Positions 19,028 to 30,632 are shown, counted from the stretch's first letter. The stretch: 64,000 bases of DNA from a bacterium (GCA_036274695.1 DASUFF010000173.1:105-64104); one strand, 5' to 3'. Translations and numbers: made by a program. Notes: generated by a model not told the origin, from the letters alone.

Positions 19028-19696
19028 ATGCCTACCTACAAACAGAGGCCCGTCTCCCGGAAGGAGCGGGACGAAAAACTCCCTCTTTACCGGCCCATCG
19101 ACGGGCTGGCGCTCCAAGTGGCCGAAAACCGAAAAAAGCTGGCCCCTTATATTCTTTTGGTCGTGGTGGCCTTTGCCCTCTTCGGCGTTTACAAGGCTTA
19201 CGGGGCCCATTACGAATCGAAGGCTTCCGGGCTACTGGAGCGGGGCGAGTTGGAGACTGTGGCCAAGGAGTACGGACGCTCCAAGGCCGCCCAGGTGGCT
19301 CGGGTCCGTCTCGGAAAACAGGCGATGGACGCCAAGGAATATGACCGGGCCGCCGATTGGTACGGACCCGTGGCCTCGAACGCGTCGGCCCCGGCCCTCC
19401 TGCGGATCACGGCGAAGCAGAACCTGGCTCTGGCGTATTTGAAAAAGGGCGAGGCGGCCAAGGCGGTGGGGCTTCTGGACGACGCATCCAAGGATCCGGC
19501 CAACGTAAGCGCCGACTACACCCAGCTTCTGCTCGCTTACGCCCAGGAAACGTCCGGTCACAAAGACAAGGCGCTGGAGATCTACAAGACCTTGGCCGAC
19601 GGATCGAAGGAAGCCTCCGTGAAGGCCGAGGCCCAAGCGAGAACCAAATGGCTCGAACCCGCAACCCCCTCATCGGTCACTTTGCCGCCGCGTTGA
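19028..19696 (+). CDS. YfgM-like TPR-containing membrane protein
   Basis: Cytoplasmic N-terminus, one transmembrane segment, a TPR-like periplasmic domain. Located immediately upstream of bamB, as in the yfgM-bamB arrangement. Confidence 0.55.
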   Translation: MPTYKQRPVSRKERDEKLPLYRPIDGLALQVAENRKKLAPYILLVVVAFALFGVYKAYGAHYESKASGLLERGELETVAKEYGRSKAAQVARVRLGKQAMDAKEYDRAADWYGPVASNASAPALLRITAKQNLALAYLKKGEAAKAVGLLDDASKDPANVSADYTQLLLAYAQETSGHKDKALEIYKTLADGSKEASVKAEAQARTKWLEPATPSSVTLPPR

Positions 19697-20832
19697 TCGT
19701 TCTCGGAGCGTTCCCGGCCGTCCCCGCGACGGCCCACGCCTGGAAGAACGTTCCTCTCAAGGAGAGGACCGTCGAGAAAATGCCCTATCGCGCGCAGTGG
19801 GTCTCCAAGATCAAAAAGGGCAAGCTCCTCAAATACAAGAGAAAGGAATATTCCTCGCCGCGCGTTTACGGGGACCTCATCTTCGTCGGCTCCGACAGCG
19901 GCTACTTCTACGCCATGAAGAAAAAGAACGGCGGCAAGGTCTGGCGTTTCAAAACGACCGGCCCCATCAACTCCGTGCCGGCCTTCTCGAACGACCGCGT
20001 CATCGTCGGAGACGATGACGGCCATCTCTACGCCCTGACGATGGCCGACGGCAAAGAAGCCTGGCGGGCGGAACTCGATTCCGAAATCTTGAGCGCCCCT
20101 GCCGTGGGCGGAAACCGCGTCTTCGTGCAGACTTCGGAAGGAACGGTATTCGCGGTGAGCGCCGAGGACGGAAAGCTTTTGTGGAAGAACGAGCGGCGGC
20201 AGGAGTTCACGGGCCGCCTCCAGATGACCATCCGCGGGAATGCCTCGCCGGCCGTCGATCCCGCGGCCGACCGTCTCTACGTCGGCTTCTCGGACGGAAC
20301 GGTCCAGGCCCTATCCGCCTCCGGCGGCAAGGTCCTGTGGGAAAAGTCCCTGGCGAAGGAAAAGACGGCGAAGGCGAACGCCTTCCTGGACGTCGACGGA
20401 ACGCCGCTGGTGGACGGAGACCGGGTCTACGTCTCCACCTTCGACGGGGCGATCTACGCGCTTTCGGTGAAAAACGGCGCCGTCCTCTGGAGCCAGTCGC
20501 CCGGCAGCGGCGTCGGGACGGCTCTCATCGGGGAAACCCTGGTGGTCGCGGCCTCCAACGGCCATCTCTACGCCTATCAGAAGAAGGACGGGTCCAAGCT
20601 GTGGGATTCGCCGGTGGGCCGCGGAGCGCTGACCGCGCCGGTGGTCTACAAGGATTTGATCGCTGCGGGCCTTTCCGACGAGACCATGAATTTCGTGGAT
20701 TCGGAAGACGGGCACATCATCGCGCGCCGGTTCGCCAAAAAGGGCGTTTATTCGGATCCCGTCGTCGACGAGGACCGCATCTATTATCTCTCCAACGGCG
20801 GTCGCCTCTATTCCCTCAGGCTCGTGCGTTAA
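19648..20832 (+). CDS. bamB: outer-membrane protein assembly factor BamB (PQQ-repeat beta-propeller lipoprotein)
   Basis: Signal peptide, then repeated YA../GG.LW PQQ-like blades. 48-nt overlap with the upstream gene at this start. Confidence 0.8.
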   Translation: MARTRNPLIGHFAAALIVLGAFPAVPATAHAWKNVPLKERTVEKMPYRAQWVSKIKKGKLLKYKRKEYSSPRVYGDLIFVGSDSGYFYAMKKKNGGKVWRFKTTGPINSVPAFSNDRVIVGDDDGHLYALTMADGKEAWRAELDSEILSAPAVGGNRVFVQTSEGTVFAVSAEDGKLLWKNERRQEFTGRLQMTIRGNASPAVDPAADRLYVGFSDGTVQALSASGGKVLWEKSLAKEKTAKANAFLDVDGTPLVDGDRVYVSTFDGAIYALSVKNGAVLWSQSPGSGVGTALIGETLVVAASNGHLYAYQKKDGSKLWDSPVGRGALTAPVVYKDLIAAGLSDETMNFVDSEDGHIIARRFAKKGVYSDPVVDEDRIYYLSNGGRLYSLRLVR

Positions 20833-21947
20833 AGGCCCCGGAGATCCAGCTTGTCGGTCCGGATTTTCTGAAGCGCGTCGCGAAACGCCGCGAGTTCCCG
20901 CCGAAGCGATTCGTCTTTCTTCTCGTCCGTTCTGAAAAACCGGTCGACCTTGGCCTGATAGTGGTCAAAGAGCGTGTCCACGCTTTCCTGTCCGTAGACC
21001 GTGACCAGCAACCTTTTGGTCTTGGCCAGGATCTCCATCAAGCTCTTGCCGTCTCCCGGACCGACCTCCAGGTTCATCAAGTGGCTGAAATCGTCGCTTA
21101 AGAGGGTCCAGATCTGCCGAAGCTTCGGATTCCCCTTCAGCAAGGCGCTGCCGGATTCGTAGAAGAGGGACGCGGTGCGCTGCTCCAAGAGAGTGAGCTG
21201 GATGGAGGAGTGGATCAAGTGGGCCAGGTCATGAATCGTATAATCCGCCGGCTCCGCGAGGCGGCCGTGCATCCGCAGCTTCCGAAGGGGTTCGCCGAGC
21301 GCGTGAAAGCCCGATTTGTGGAGCTGGTTCACAATGCCGTATTCGACCTCGCCTGCGGCGAAACAGGGCGTGAGCGCCCTGCGGCCCAGGCAGTACTTTA
21401 GGGCGGACTCGAAGAAGGTGAGCGACGGGATGCGAAGCACGGCGTGATCGCCGTGCATGGCGAAGAGATAAAGCCCGTAAACATTCAGCTCCGCGTGGAC
21501 GGTGAAATACGTCTCCAATCCCGGAGTGCCGTGGGGATAACTGACTTCCACGTAACGGTTGGCGGAAAGATGCTGGTGGGCGATGCCCCGGCCGATCGCC
21601 GCCGCATCCGCCTTGCGTCCCGCCGGCGGCGCGTCGTCCGCGCCGAAAACGACGTTGCCCTTTTCCATGGGTTTGAACAGGGCCTCGACGCCGAAGTGCG
21701 AGCGGGCGGAAACGCCGGCTTCCTTCATACCCGGCAACTGCGACCATCCGGTGATCGTGGAAAACAGCAGTTCGTCGGCGATTTCCCGGATGGGCGCTCC
21801 CTTGTCGAGAAGGCCCTCCAATTCGCCGCGGCTCGATGCGTCGAGATAAGGGCTGATCGGCAGATCAGCCCTCAGGTGCGAGAGAAAACCGGCATGGAGG
21901 CCTTGAACCAACGGTGGGTAGGCGGGCAAGAGTAGGGGAGACGTCAT
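20829..21947 (-). CDS. hypothetical protein
   Basis: ORF extends to 22028. The shorter start leaves a ~100-nt promoter region shared divergently with guaB. Confidence 0.5.
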   Translation of the reverse strand: MTSPLLLPAYPPLVQGLHAGFLSHLRADLPISPYLDASSRGELEGLLDKGAPIREIADELLFSTITGWSQLPGMKEAGVSARSHFGVEALFKPMEKGNVVFGADDAPPAGRKADAAAIGRGIAHQHLSANRYVEVSYPHGTPGLETYFTVHAELNVYGLYLFAMHGDHAVLRIPSLTFFESALKYCLGRRALTPCFAAGEVEYGIVNQLHKSGFHALGEPLRKLRMHGRLAEPADYTIHDLAHLIHSSIQLTLLEQRTASLFYESGSALLKGNPKLRQIWTLLSDDFSHLMNLEVGPGDGKSLMEILAKTKRLLVTVYGQESVDTLFDHYQAKVDRFFRTDEKKDESLRRELAAFRDALQKIRTDKLDLRGL

Positions 21948-22051
21948 GAGGGGTGCCCTTCGTTTCCGTCGGTCGAATGCCGCTATCGTCATAAAAATCA
22001 AACGGTTGCTCAATATTTGACAAACCAAAACCTCCCTGCTAACCGTCCTCC

Positions 22052-23512
22052 ATGGCAGCCCCCCAAATCCCCATCGCCTACACTTTTGACGACGTTTTGC
22101 TCCTCCCGGGGGAGAGTTCCGTCCTGCCGACCGACGTCGAGACCTCCATCAAACTGACCGAGAAAATCACGCTGACCATCCCCCTCGTTTCCGCCGCCAT
22201 GGACACGGTCACCGAATTCCGCACGGCCATCGCCATGGCGCGCCTGGGCGGATTGGGCATTCTCCACAAGAACTTCACCCCGGAAGAGCAGGCCCTGGAG
22301 GTCGAGAAGGTGAAGCGGGCCGAGTCGGGCATGATCCTCGAACCCATCACCATGGCCCCCGACCAGAAGCTGGGGGAGGCCGCCCAGGTGATGAGGAAAA
22401 GCGACATCTCGGGCGTGCCCATCACGGTAGGAAAGAAGTTGGTCGGCATCCTCACGCACCGCGACCTGCGGTTTCAGAAGAATTTGAACCAGAAGATCGA
22501 GGAGGTCATGACCAAGGAGGTCGTGACCGCGAAGGAAGGCATCACGCTGGAGAAGGCCAAGGAGATCCTGCAGAAGAACCGGATCGAGAAGCTCCCCGTC
22601 GTCGACGACAAAGGGAACTTAAAGGGCCTGATCACCATCAAGGACATCGAGCAGGCCCAGCGCTATCCCAATTCCACCAAGGACGAACTGGGCCGCCTGC
22701 GCGTGGGCGCGGCTATTGGAGTCGGCGAAGCCTCCCTCGCCCGCGCGGATTTGCTCATCAAGGAGGGCGTGGACCTGGTGATCATCGACACCGCGCACGG
22801 GCATTCCAAGAGCGTGTTGGACACCGTGAAGGATTTCCGCGAACGCTTTCCCAAGGTCGCTCTGGTGGCCGGCAACGTCGCCACCGCCGACGGCACGGAG
22901 GCCCTGATCAAGGCCGGCGTGCATGCGGTGAAAGTGGGCGTCGGACCGGGATCGATCTGCACGACGCGCGTCGTCTCCGGCGTCGGCGTCCCCCAGTTGA
23001 CCGCCATCTTCGAATGCGCCTCGGTGGCCAACCGTTACCAGATCCCCCTCATCGCCGACGGCGGCATCAAGTTCTCCGGCGACATCACGAAGGCCATGGC
23101 CGCGGGCGCCACGGCCGTCATGGCCGGCGGCCTCTTCGCGGGCACGGACGAGGCGCCGGGCGAGACGATCCTGTATCAGGGCCGCTCGTTCAAAACCTAC
23201 CGCGGCATGGGATCGCTGGGCGCCATGAAGAAAGGGAGCAAGGACCGCTATTTCCAGGAAGGCGTCAGCGAAGTTTCCAAGCTCGTTCCGGAAGGCATCG
23301 AAGGCATGGTGCCGGCGCGCGGACCGATCTCGGATCAGGTACATCAATTGGTCGGGGGCCTGCGATCCGGGATGGGTTACGTCGGCGCCGCCAACATCCC
23401 CGAGCTGCGCAAAAAGGCCCGCTTCGTCCAGATCACGTCGGCGGGGTTGAAGGAAAGCCACGTGCATGACGTGACGATCACCAAAGAATCGCCGAATTAT
23501 AGATTGGAGTAG
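22052..23512 (+). CDS. guaB: IMP dehydrogenase
   Basis: Tandem CBS domains and the catalytic loop [11 protein letters not shown]. Confidence 0.95.
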   Translation: MAAPQIPIAYTFDDVLLLPGESSVLPTDVETSIKLTEKITLTIPLVSAAMDTVTEFRTAIAMARLGGLGILHKNFTPEEQALEVEKVKRAESGMILEPITMAPDQKLGEAAQVMRKSDISGVPITVGKKLVGILTHRDLRFQKNLNQKIEEVMTKEVVTAKEGITLEKAKEILQKNRIEKLPVVDDKGNLKGLITIKDIEQAQRYPNSTKDELGRLRVGAAIGVGEASLARADLLIKEGVDLVIIDTAHGHSKSVLDTVKDFRERFPKVALVAGNVATADGTEALIKAGVHAVKVGVGPGSICTTRVVSGVGVPQLTAIFECASVANRYQIPLIADGGIKFSGDITKAMAAGATAVMAGGLFAGTDEAPGETILYQGRSFKTYRGMGSLGAMKKGSKDRYFQEGVSEVSKLVPEGIEGMVPARGPISDQVHQLVGGLRSGMGYVGAANIPELRKKARFVQITSAGLKESHVHDVTITKESPNYRLE

Positions 23513-23540
23513 GGGCGACCCGCCGGGCCGCCCGTACACT

Positions 23541-25079
23541 ATGCCATCACGCGTCCTCATCCTCGACTTCGGTTCCCAATACACGCAGCTGATCGCCCGC
23601 CGCATCCGCGAGGAGAAGGTGTATTGCGAGGTGCAGGCCTGCAACGTCCCCTTCGAAAAGATCCGCGACTTCGCGCCCCAGGCCGTCGTCCTCTCCGGCG
23701 GGCCTTCGAGCGTATATGAAAAAGACGCTCCCGTCGCCGACATCCGGCTGCTGGATTTGAACGTCCCCATCCTCGGGATTTGCTACGGCATGCAGTGGCT
23801 GTCGCATCAGATCAAGGGCAAGGTCGAGCCGGGAACGGTGCGCGAGTACGGGCCGGCCAAGATCAAGCTCCTGAAGAAGTACGGTGTCTTCGAAGGATTC
23901 CAGGAAGACGAGATCCAGGTGTGGATGAGCCACGGCGACCACGTCACCGAGCTGCCGGCCGGCTTCGAGAGCTACGCCCAGAGCCACAACGGGCTGCAGG
24001 CCGCCATCGGCGATCCCAAACGGAAGATTTACGGACTGCAGTTCCATCCCGAGGTCGTGCACACGGCCCGCGGGCGCGACCTGCTCAAAAATTTCCTCTT
24101 CAAGGTAGCCGGCCTTAAGGCCGATTGGTCGATGGAGTCCTTCGTCGAACAAAAGACGAAGGAGATCCGCGAGACGGTGGGGGACGGGCACGTCCTCTGC
24201 GCCGTCTCGGGCGGCGTCGATTCCTCCGTCATGGCCGCCTTGATCCACAAGGCCGTCGGCAACCAGCTGGACGCCCTCTTCATCGACAACGGCGTGCTCC
24301 GCAAGAACGAGGGTACCCGCGTCCTCGAGCTCTTTCAAAAGAACATGCAGGTACCTCTGAAGAAGATCGACGCTTCCGAACGCTTTCTGGAAAAACTGAA
24401 AGGGGTCGAAGATCCCGAGAAAAAGCGAAAAATCATCGGCAACGAGTTCATCGCCGTCTTCGAGGACGAGTCCAAGCGCCATAAAGAAGCGAAGTTCCTG
24501 GCTCAGGGCACCCTGTATCCCGACGTCATCGAAAGCGTGTCTTTCCGAGGCCCGTCCGCCATCATCAAAAGCCATCACAACGTGGGCGGTCTTCCCGACC
24601 GCATGAATTTGAAATTGATCGAGCCCTTCCGCGAGCTCTTCAAGGACGAGGTGAGGGCGATCGGCCGACTGATCGGAGTCCCCGACGAGATCATCGACCG
24701 CCAGCCCTTTCCGGGCCCGGGTTTGGCGGTGCGCATCTTGGGCGAGGTGACGAAGGAACGTTTGGAAATACTACGAAACGCCGACGACATCGTCGTTTCG
24801 GAAATCAAGGCCGCAGGCCTTTACACCAAGATATGGCAGTCCTTCTCGGTGCTTTTACCGGTCAAGACGGTCGGGGTGATGGGCGACAATCGGACTTATG
24901 AAAACGTGCTCGCCGTCCGCGCCGTCGAGAGCCAGGACGGCATGACGGCCGATTGGGTGCGGCTGCCCTACGACATCTTGGCCGTGATCTCCGCCCGCGT
25001 GATCAACGAAGTGCGCGGGGTCAACCGCGTCGTCTACGATATCTCCTCGAAGCCGCCCGCGACGATCGAGTGGGAATGA
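23541..25079 (+). CDS. guaA: GMP synthase (glutamine-hydrolysing)
   Basis: GATase domain with catalytic ...GICYGMQ, ATP-PPase SGGVDSSV and a C-terminal dimerisation domain. Confidence 0.95.
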   Translation: MPSRVLILDFGSQYTQLIARRIREEKVYCEVQACNVPFEKIRDFAPQAVVLSGGPSSVYEKDAPVADIRLLDLNVPILGICYGMQWLSHQIKGKVEPGTVREYGPAKIKLLKKYGVFEGFQEDEIQVWMSHGDHVTELPAGFESYAQSHNGLQAAIGDPKRKIYGLQFHPEVVHTARGRDLLKNFLFKVAGLKADWSMESFVEQKTKEIRETVGDGHVLCAVSGGVDSSVMAALIHKAVGNQLDALFIDNGVLRKNEGTRVLELFQKNMQVPLKKIDASERFLEKLKGVEDPEKKRKIIGNEFIAVFEDESKRHKEAKFLAQGTLYPDVIESVSFRGPSAIIKSHHNVGGLPDRMNLKLIEPFRELFKDEVRAIGRLIGVPDEIIDRQPFPGPGLAVRILGEVTKERLEILRNADDIVVSEIKAAGLYTKIWQSFSVLLPVKTVGVMGDNRTYENVLAVRAVESQDGMTADWVRLPYDILAVISARVINEVRGVNRVVYDISSKPPATIEWE

Positions 25080-26814
25080 CCAAACGGAAGACCCCCAAGG
25101 TCAATCCGAGCATCGCCAACATCAAGACGCCCTGATGGTCATCGCCGGACGAACCCGCATCCACCCGGCAACCACAACCTCCGCCGTTTAAGAAGGTGGG
25201 GCCTCCGGGAGTCGTCGCCGCCTCGCCGCTGGGATCGTCGGTGGTTTTGGGTCCTTCCTGATCATTCGCCGGACTCTTTCCCGGCCCAGTGCCTCCCGAA
25301 GAACCGCCGCCGGTGGTCGAACCGCCCGTCGTCGACGACGTCCCGCCGCCTCCGCCCTCCGCCTTCAGTCGGACGACCGCGAAGTCCTGGTTGCCGTTGG
25401 GGCCGGGAGTCGTCGCGTACTCGCTGCCCGCCGCGACGACGTCGCCCGAAGGATCGATGGCCACTCCCTGCGCCTCTCCGGAAACGTAACCGGGAAAGGC
25501 GACGCGCAGCACGCCCTTCACACCGAACTCCGTCGCCCCGCAACCGGCGGCCGTCCCGTCGTCCAGATGGCCGTTCGCGCAGGCGCGCAGGAGGGTGAAG
25601 TCGCGCGCGTTGTTCGCCTCGATGTGGCCCGCCAGGAGGTATTTGCCGTTGGGCTGGCGCGCCGCGCCGCGCATGATGGCGTAGGAGCCGGCGGGCCCCA
25701 TGTCAATCATGAGCGTGCCGCCGTTTCCGAAGCCCGCATCCGGCTTGCCGTCCTTGTCCACGCGGGCCATGGCCACGTCTTCGTTCTCGCCTTGATCGCC
25801 GTGCAACGACGTTCCGGAGGCGAAGACATTTCCATCCGGCTCGACCAAGAGGCCTAAAGCCTCGTCCATGTTGCCGTCGACCACCTTGATTTTCAAAAAG
25901 CCACCGGCCGCGCAGGCCGGCGTGTCGCCGAAACACTTGTCGAGCTGGCCGTCCTTGGAGAGCCGGGCCAGGGCGAAACCGAAGCCGTTCGCCATGGAGG
26001 TCTTGCCGGCCACGTACACACGGTCGGCGCCGTCGACGGCCACGGCGTTTCCGTAGTCTTCGAGGTAACCGGGATCCGACGTGGAGACGAGGGCGATGCC
26101 CGAATTGCCGAATCCGGCATCCAGCGTGCCGTCGGTCTTGAGGCGGACGACGAGAATGTCTTCGCCGCCCTGGCCCGCATTGGGCACGCCCGCGAGGCTG
26201 GAGTTGATGTGTCCCGTCAAGACGGCCTTGCCGTCGCTTTGGAAGGCCACCGCCTTGGCCTCGCTGCTGTCGTAGGAAAGCGAAAAGTGTCCGTCATGAT
26301 TGGGTCCGAAGCCGGTGCCGCAGGAACCCGCCTTGTCGAGCTTGCCGTCGGCGCAAAAACGGACCGCGGCCAGGAAGGTTTTGGGGGTGTTGATGTTCGT
26401 GCCCATGGAGCCTACGACCAAAATTTTTCCGTCCGCCTGGAGACCGACGCCGTAGACCTTCTCGAAATAACTGCTCGTGAACGCGGCTTCGGTGCCTCCC
26501 TTGAGCTCGCTTGATCCGACATCGACGGCGCAGGGATGATCTTCGGTCTTTCCGTTGAACGCCGTGTCCAACTGGCCGTTCGGCAGATATTTGGCGAGGG
26601 CGAAGTGGGTCGTGCCGCATTGGCTCGAATTTCCCGCGACGAACACCGAGCCGTCGGAGGCGACCGCCAGGGCCGTGCCTTCATCGGCATTGTTTTGAAA
26701 AAAATCGGTCGTCACCTTGCCGCCCGAACCGAAGGATCCGTCGAATTCGTCCGCCGCATGGGCGGCCGCGGCGCCCAGGCAAAGCAGGAGCGCCAGGCAA
26801 AATCGATTCTTCAT
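25021..26814 (-). CDS. secreted delta-60-repeat protein with Gly/Ser/Thr linker and CGC-containing C-terminal anchor (MYXO-CTERM-like)
   Basis: Signal peptide. Recurring D/NG(K/Q)(I/L)L/VxxG and DxxFGxxG motifs, at least 10 times. C-terminus GGGCGCR...TM...RRYRRRRG. Confidence 0.7.
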   Translation of the reverse strand: MKNRFCLALLLCLGAAAAHAADEFDGSFGSGGKVTTDFFQNNADEGTALAVASDGSVFVAGNSSQCGTTHFALAKYLPNGQLDTAFNGKTEDHPCAVDVGSSELKGGTEAAFTSSYFEKVYGVGLQADGKILVVGSMGTNINTPKTFLAAVRFCADGKLDKAGSCGTGFGPNHDGHFSLSYDSSEAKAVAFQSDGKAVLTGHINSSLAGVPNAGQGGEDILVVRLKTDGTLDAGFGNSGIALVSTSDPGYLEDYGNAVAVDGADRVYVAGKTSMANGFGFALARLSKDGQLDKCFGDTPACAAGGFLKIKVVDGNMDEALGLLVEPDGNVFASGTSLHGDQGENEDVAMARVDKDGKPDAGFGNGGTLMIDMGPAGSYAIMRGAARQPNGKYLLAGHIEANNARDFTLLRACANGHLDDGTAAGCGATEFGVKGVLRVAFPGYVSGEAQGVAIDPSGDVVAAGSEYATTPGPNGNQDFAVVRLKAEGGGGGTSSTTGGSTTGGGSSGGTGPGKSPANDQEGPKTTDDPSGEAATTPGGPTFLNGGGCGCRVDAGSSGDDHQGVLMLAMLGLTLGVFRLVIPTRSSRAASRRYRRRRG

Positions 26815-26976
26815 ACGTCGTTTCCTCCCCATAGCGAACCTAAAGGAGCAAGATCGATACCAATTCGGAAAAGATAATTATTCGAAAACAAAGAGGTTTT
26901 TCGATCGAAAAAAGCCGGCCATTTTTCAAAATGAGAAAATTATCGAAATGAGAACGGAGACCGGGTCAAAACGATT

Positions 26977-27927
26977 TTAGAAGAATCCGCCGCCCAACGC
27001 GCTTCTCAATGCGGCTTGGGTCCCGGCGATTCGGTGCATGTCGCGCAGATTCCTCATCAGGAAATCGGTGTGGAGCAGGGCGGGATCGTCGGCTCTTCCC
27101 AGGCAGGCCAGGAAACCGTTCAGAAAGGTTTCGCATTCCCGGTAAATCTCAAAGGCGTCTTCCCCGTCGTCCGACCGGCTCGCCTCTTGGAAGCGCTCCA
27201 TGATCCCGCGGAACGGGATGAAGGCCAGAATTTCCTCCGATTCGACGAGGCGGGCGTCGATGTCGTTGTCGGTCAACGTGTCGAGAAGGCGCTCGGCGAC
27301 GGTCAGGCGACGGATCGGATCGGGAAGTCCGTTGATACGATCGTACAGGTTGGCCCACATGAGGCGCAGGTGCAAAGGCAGGGCGGACCCGAACGCCAGA
27401 TGATAGAGATCGTGAAACATGAAGATGAAGCCGTGCACCAAGTCCTTCATGTGACTTAAATAGCGCGGGTGATCGAAGACGCCGACGGGTTGCTCGTTCC
27501 GGGCGTACATGCGGTTCACCTCGTCGCGCTCCACCTCCCGCGAGAGAAAGACCGGCGTCATCGCCTGGGCGCCATAGAGAAACGTCAACAGGCCCACGAG
27601 AACGCTGGGGAAGGGAAAACCCAGGCGGGCGACGACGTCCTCACCCTTCGATTCCAGCGACACCAACCTCACCTTGCCTTGGAGGAGGCCTTGGACGTTT
27701 CCCAAATTGGTGAGGAAATAGTGAGGGTCCTCCTCGCCCCTCAAGGGAACGACGGCGCGCACGAAACGGTCTTCCGTCGAGACTTCCGCGGCATAACCTT
27801 GGGATCTCAGGGGTCTAAAAAAGTCCTCCGCCAAACCGGCGAAGGAGCGGTCGGCCGCGGCCAAAACGGACGCAACCCGCGGAGAGGCCGGAACCGGAAG
27901 GATTTGCGGGGAGAGCACGCCGATCAT
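26977..27927 (-). CDS. hypothetical protein
   Basis: 316-aa ORF. No recognisable domain. Confidence 0.45.
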   Translation of the reverse strand: MIGVLSPQILPVPASPRVASVLAAADRSFAGLAEDFFRPLRSQGYAAEVSTEDRFVRAVVPLRGEEDPHYFLTNLGNVQGLLQGKVRLVSLESKGEDVVARLGFPFPSVLVGLLTFLYGAQAMTPVFLSREVERDEVNRMYARNEQPVGVFDHPRYLSHMKDLVHGFIFMFHDLYHLAFGSALPLHLRLMWANLYDRINGLPDPIRRLTVAERLLDTLTDNDIDARLVESEEILAFIPFRGIMERFQEASRSDDGEDAFEIYRECETFLNGFLACLGRADDPALLHTDFLMRNLRDMHRIAGTQAALRSALGGGFF

Positions 27928-27977
27928 GCCCCCTCATCGTCGTTTTTTCCCAAATGTTGTGCACGGAGTGAACGGCC

Positions 27978-29390
27978 TCAAAAGCCGTCGCGCAGGGCGA
28001 GGACGGCGGCGTAGTAGCCGCAAAGACCGTGGACGCCGGCACCGGGAGGGGTGGCGGCGGAGCAGAGGTACCAGCCCTTCACGGGCATTCGGTAAGGGGA
28101 GAGACTGAACCGCGGCCGAAAGAGGATCTGCCAGAGGTCGGCGATGCCGCCGCTGATGTCGCCGCCGACCAAGTTGGCATTGCGCCGCTCCAGCTCGGCC
28201 GGCGGCGTCGCCTTTTTCCCCACGATGAGATCGCGGAAACCCGGAGCGAACCGTTCGATTTGATCCTCGATGCGCTTCGTCGCGTCCTCGGTCGAGCCGC
28301 GCGGGACGTGCGTGTAGGCCCAGACCGTATGCTTGCCCGACGGGGCGCGGGTGGGATCGAAGGGGCTTAAGTGGGCCACGAGCACGTAAGGCTTCTCGGC
28401 GATCCGACCGGCCCAGGGCGCGGCCTCGGAGACGGCGAGCTCCTCGAGCGTCCCTCCCAAATGCACGGTGCTGGCCTTCGAGCATTCCTTCGCCTTCCAG
28501 GGAACGGGACCGGACAAAGCGAAATCCATTTTGAAGGCCGCGGGCCCGGGACGGAAACGGCGGAGGCTGTTTTGATAGCCGGCCGGCAGGCGGTCCCCGG
28601 CGATCGCAAGAAGGGGTTCGGGCTGAAGATCGAAAAAGACGGACCGAGCCTCGGGGATGTCGGAGACCGAACGCACCCGGACACCGGTGCGGATCTCGCC
28701 CCCCAATTCCTTCAAATACGACGCCAGGGCGTCGGCTATTTTTTGACTGCCTCCTTGGGGGATAGGCCATCCGACGGCGTGGCCCGCGAGTCCCAGCATC
28801 AACCCGATCGCCGCCGAAGGCGGTTGAGACAGCGGCAGGAACGAATGCGCCGCGTTCCCGCCGAAGAGGCCCTTGGCCCATTTTTCCCGGAACAGGGCGT
28901 CGGCAAGCCCGGTGGCCGAACGCATCGCCTTCAGGCCGAATCGGAGGGCGAGCAGGGGATGGCGCGGCAGGTGAGGGGGACGCAGCAGGTCATCGATCGC
29001 ATCCTCCCAGCGGTCCACGAAGGGCTGCATGAGTTTTCGATAGGCCGGCCCGTCGGAACGCAGACTCGCCTCCGTCTCCTCCATCGACGGCGACAGGCAG
29101 GCTGCGGTGGCGTCGTCGAAGGGATGGGCGAGGGCCAAGGGCGGCTTGATCCATTTCAGGCCGTGGCGCTCCAACGGGAGTTGACGGAAAAAGGGGGAAG
29201 CCGCCGCCAGCGGGTGGACGGCGGAGCACAGGTCGTGAACGAAGCCGGGGAGGGTGATCTCCGACGATCGCGCCCCGCCGCCGATCGTCTCTTCCGCTTC
29301 CAAAACCAGCACCGACCGCCCCGCGCGCGCGAGCGCCACGGCCGCGGCCAAACCGTTCGGGCCTGAGCCGATGACGACGGCGTCCTTCAC
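27978..29390 (-). CDS. FAD-dependent oxidoreductase, phytoene-desaturase/CrtI-like family
   Basis: N-terminal Rossmann motif VVIGSGPNGLAAAVALARAG. GTG start at 29390 overlaps the nth stop as GTGA. Confidence 0.7.
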   Translation of the reverse strand: MKDAVVIGSGPNGLAAAVALARAGRSVLVLEAEETIGGGARSSEITLPGFVHDLCSAVHPLAAASPFFRQLPLERHGLKWIKPPLALAHPFDDATAACLSPSMEETEASLRSDGPAYRKLMQPFVDRWEDAIDDLLRPPHLPRHPLLALRFGLKAMRSATGLADALFREKWAKGLFGGNAAHSFLPLSQPPSAAIGLMLGLAGHAVGWPIPQGGSQKIADALASYLKELGGEIRTGVRVRSVSDIPEARSVFFDLQPEPLLAIAGDRLPAGYQNSLRRFRPGPAAFKMDFALSGPVPWKAKECSKASTVHLGGTLEELAVSEAAPWAGRIAEKPYVLVAHLSPFDPTRAPSGKHTVWAYTHVPRGSTEDATKRIEDQIERFAPGFRDLIVGKKATPPAELERRNANLVGGDISGGIADLWQILFRPRFSLSPYRMPVKGWYLCSAATPPGAGVHGLCGYYAAVLALRDGF

Positions 29391-30028
29391 TCCAACTCCT
29401 TCGTCTTGGGCTCGTAGGGACACAGTTTCAGGACGGGGCATCGAGGACATTCCGGTTTTCGGGCGTAACAACAGCGCCGTCCGTGCCAGATGATGACATG
29501 CGAGGCCGTCGTCCAGTCCTTCTTGGGAATCAGCTTTTGCAATTCGAACTCGAGCTTTACCGGATCCTTCTGTTTGGAAAATCCCAGGCGCTCGGAGAGG
29601 CGGAGCATGTGCGTGTCACAGGTGATGCCCGGGATTCCGTAGGCGTTGCCCAAGATCACGTTGGCGGTCTTTCGGCCAACACCGGGCAACTTCACCAATT
29701 CTTCCAGGGTTTTCGGGACTTTACCGCCGTATTTTTCAACCAGGATCTTGCAGGCGCCTTGGATCGACTTCGCCTTGTTCTTATAAAAACCCGTGGTTCG
29801 AATGTCCTTTTCGAGCTCCGAGGGCGCCACCTTTATATAGTCTTCGGCCTTTCGATACTTCTTAAAGAGGGACTTGGTGACAATGTTCACGCGGACGTCC
29901 GTACATTGGGCCGAGAGGATCGTCGCTACGAGAAGCTCAAGGGGATTCGAGAAGTCGAGCTCGCAGCGGGCGTCGGGGTAGGTTTTTTTGAGTATTCCAA
30001 GAATGCGGGAGGTGCGTTCGCTGGTCAT
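29387..30028 (-). CDS. nth: endonuclease III
   Basis: HhH-GPD motif LPGVGRKTANVIL and the 4Fe-4S cysteine cluster CxxxxxxCxxCxxxxxC. Confidence 0.9.
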   Translation of the reverse strand: MTSERTSRILGILKKTYPDARCELDFSNPLELLVATILSAQCTDVRVNIVTKSLFKKYRKAEDYIKVAPSELEKDIRTTGFYKNKAKSIQGACKILVEKYGGKVPKTLEELVKLPGVGRKTANVILGNAYGIPGITCDTHMLRLSERLGFSKQKDPVKLEFELQKLIPKKDWTTASHVIIWHGRRCCYARKPECPRCPVLKLCPYEPKTKELE

Positions 30029-30086
30029 AGTGCTATTTTGCTGAATACCCTGTAAAATAGGGTTTTTCTAGGAAAAGGGGGACTCT

Positions 30087-30632
30087 ATGCCATCATTGAG
30101 ACTAGGGAACGGCAAAAAAGCGTTTCGGTGCCTTGCCGTCGCGGGCGTTCTCGCCTCTTTCACAGTGCCTTTCGGAGTTTGGGCGGGGCCCACCACGGAT
30201 CGTCCTATCAGGTCCGACAATCCGGTTATGAGCGCCGCGCCGACGGCGAATCTGACCAGTGTGACTGTCGACGGCGATGGCCATCTGACCGTGAAAGTGC
30301 CGTCATCCGCCTCCCTACGCCCCTCCGTGGAAAATTGCCCCAGCGGGACGACGGTATCGGGGACGGATTCGGCAGGAATCATAACAATCGGATCAGGTGG
30401 AGGAGGTCACTGCGAAGTCGTCTTTGGAAAACCCTTCGCCGAGGCGCCTGCCTGCGTCATTTCTAATAATATGTGGCATCCGACTCCCAAAAGCATCTAC
30501 ATCTATGAAGACCATTTTGCGATTGACCAGGTCCCCGTATGGAACACAACGACGCACGATTTTACGGATCAACTTGACACCATGTTGACTAGCGAAAAAA
30601 TAAGCTATGTCTGTATTGGGATCGTCAAATAA
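30087..30632 (+). CDS. secreted hypothetical protein
   Basis: Signal peptide (AVAGVLASFTVPFGVWA). 181 aa. Confidence 0.5.
   Translation: MPSLRLGNGKKAFRCLAVAGVLASFTVPFGVWAGPTTDRPIRSDNPVMSAAPTANLTSVTVDGDGHLTVKVPSSASLRPSVENCPSGTTVSGTDSAGIITIGSGGGGHCEVVFGKPFAEAPACVISNNMWHPTPKSIYIYEDHFAIDQVPVWNTTTHDFTDQLDTMLTSEKISYVCIGIVK

Noticed and set aside
22619-24578. 383- and 343-aa minus-strand ORFs
   Set aside because: Antisense to guaB and guaA.
30029-30086. CTATTTT-N14-AAAATAG hairpin followed by GGTTTTTC between nth and the secreted-protein gene
   Set aside because: Looks terminator-like, but no gene ends there on either strand. More likely part of the divergent promoter region. Too uncertain to call.
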